DNA of 64,000 bases from Phycisphaerales bacterium (GTDB lineage: Bacteria > Planctomycetota > Phycisphaerae > Phycisphaerales > SM1A02). A program made the translations under genes and the position numbers. The stretch lies in contig JAQWTL010000002.1 in NCBI GenBank assembly GCA_029242715.1, forward strand, positions 7,445-71,444. The letters run 5' to 3'. This document shows, one piece after another, positions 62,809 through 64,000 of this stretch (position 1 is its first letter; the number at the start of each line of letters is the position of its first letter). The notes under the pieces were generated by a model. It was not told the DNA's origin. It ran no database searches and was given only the letters and a program-made list of their open reading frames with translations.

Positions 62809-64000
62809 GTCGATTGACACAACTCATCACAATAATCGCAACAGCAGCGATGATCTCCACGCTCAGCATGGGAGCCAACAGGGAAGACCAGGGGCCCAAC
62901 AAGACCCCTGGTGATGATGTTGGCTCTGACCACACTGGATTTTCCTTCAACTGCTACCAGTTTGCAGGAACAGGTGATGGCGGAGCCTTTGCCAAGCACG
63001 TCGGCACTGGCGGCAGCAAGGCCGGCCAGCAATATGCCATCAGTGAATATGTCCAGACTTCTTCAGGAACAAATGTTCCAGCACCCTGTACTGTCTTGAC
63101 TTTCTACAACATCATTCATCACAACAAGTACACCCTTGCGGTACTTCTTCTCAACAGCCATGGGGGCAACAACAGCTCTTCGATTGAACCTTTCGAGAAG
63201 ACACCTGCAGGCAAGGCTGCACGTGACGCTCGCTACCAGGCCTACCTCAACGGAAATGTATCGGGCTGTCCAGCCTTCACTGCATCCGAAATCTACAAGA
63301 GCGCGAATCATGATGCCTGGGCTGTGGGCATCACGGATGAGTTCATTCGCAATCATGGCAATATGAATCAAAGCCTTGCCTATGTCGCGTCCTGCTACGG
63401 AAGCTCACTGACGGATGACTTTGTTGCAGCTGGCAGCCGTGTCTCGGTCGGATACACCGATTCGGTGTTCATGCATGAAGTAACCGCATCCATCAAGAAA
63501 TTCTTCGCTCGGATGGACGGACAGGAAGGAATTGCCAATCGTCCCGTAGCCAGAGCGATGGTCGGCCTTCCTGCAACATTGGGTTCAACAGGAAACACCG
63601 CTACGACACTCACACCTGCCGTCAAGAAACTGGATGCCCCCTGCCCGATCAATGTCGGAGACACGGTGACCTATACACTCGACACTGATTGCGAGCAGGG
63701 AATCACTCCGAACATCGACGGATTCAACGTGACCATCGAGAATGAGATCTGGTTGAGCAAGACGGAACTGCAGGGCACCTGCACAGCCATTGGCAATCCA
63801 ACGTCCTACTCCCTGATCTTGGAGTACGACAAAGTCTACAGCGATCAGAACGTCGCCCTGCTTGATGGAAACCTCAAACCGTTTCTCGTCAATGCCCACG
63901 GACCAGCCCATGACAGTTACTGGGAAGCCAGATCATGCCCGACAGTCTGCGTTGCCGACATGAACGGCGACTCGGTGGTTGATATTGCCGACCTCCTGGC
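62805..64000 (+). CDS. giant secreted protein, cassette copy 2 (partial; continues beyond window end)
   Basis: Not in the ORF track because it has no stop in-window. My hand translation from ATG 62805 is open to nt 64000: MSRLTQLITIIATAAMISTLSMGANREDQGPNKTPGDDVGSDHTGFSF...LLLNSHGGNN...YVASCYGSSL...FFARMDGQEGIANRPV...APCPINVGDTVTYTLDTDCEQ...WLSKTELQGTCTA...CPTVCVADMNGDSVVDIADLL. It is collinear with 58910..61606. Confidence 0.7.
   Translation, partial: MSRLTQLITIIATAAMISTLSMGANREDQGPNKTPGDDVGSDHTGFSFNCYQFAGTGDGGAFAKHVGTGGSKAGQQYAISEYVQTSSGTNVPAPCTVLTFYNIIHHNKYTLAVLLLNSHGGNNSSSIEPFEKTPAGKAARDARYQAYLNGNVSGCPAFTASEIYKSANHDAWAVGITDEFIRNHGNMNQSLAYVASCYGSSLTDDFVAAGSRVSVGYTDSVFMHEVTASIKKFFARMDGQEGIANRPVARAMVGLPATLGSTGNTATTLTPAVKKLDAPCPINVGDTVTYTLDTDCEQGITPNIDGFNVTIENEIWLSKTELQGTCTAIGNPTSYSLILEYDKVYSDQNVALLDGNLKPFLVNAHGPAHDSYWEARSCPTVCVADMNGDSVVDIADLL

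Noticed and set aside
1-64000. Search for CRISPR arrays, transposases/integrases, phage genes, toxin-antitoxin or known defence-system signatures
   Set aside because: I saw no regularly spaced direct repeats, no terminal inverted repeats, no recombinase/transposase-like translations and no recognisable defence-gene motifs in any frame. The window reads as ordinary chromosome enriched in envelope and secreted proteins.

Overview
64-kb chromosomal segment with about 48 protein-coding genes. I found no rRNA, tRNA, CRISPR array, transposase or integrase. All family calls come from reading the supplied translations and my own hand translations; no database search was possible. Hand-derived hairpin and motif coordinates may be off by 1-2 nt.

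The gene content suggests a marine Planctomycetota-like bacterium, possibly Phycisphaerae-like. The evidence is a PSCyt1/DUF1549/DUF1553 giant protein followed by a Tat-signal DUF1501 protein, a PF07638-type ECF sigma factor coupled to a Ser/Thr kinase with TPR repeats, a PEP-CTERM-like protein, and many dockerin-tailed secreted proteins.

Housekeeping and recognisable genes:
- monomeric NADP-isocitrate dehydrogenase
- MsrB-MsrA fusion
- photolyase with SDR/DUF2867 and DUF4174 neighbours
- cyclophilin
- two TlpA-like thiol-disulfide oxidoreductases
- a sialidase/GNAT/NanA-like cluster
- fasciclin and DUF4397 proteins
- a tandem pair of isochorismatase-like genes coupled to a kinase

Most interesting locus (58.2 kb to the window end): a tandemly duplicated, translationally coupled two-gene cassette. 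Each copy has a small membrane-anchored protein of about 240 aa with no family I recognise. It is followed by a giant secreted protein. That protein has a conserved N-terminal domain with an invariant His...Cys pair, a single dockerin-like Ca loop, ten tandem six-cysteine 'GACC' repeats and a Notch/LNR-like C-terminal module. The second large gene runs off the window and is missing from the ORF track.

A second notable locus (3.0-8.4 kb) is a four-gene envelope lipoprotein operon: CsgG/LpoB-like+PEGA, a possible COG3014-like protein, an LpoB-YcfL fusion, and an LpoB-like protein.
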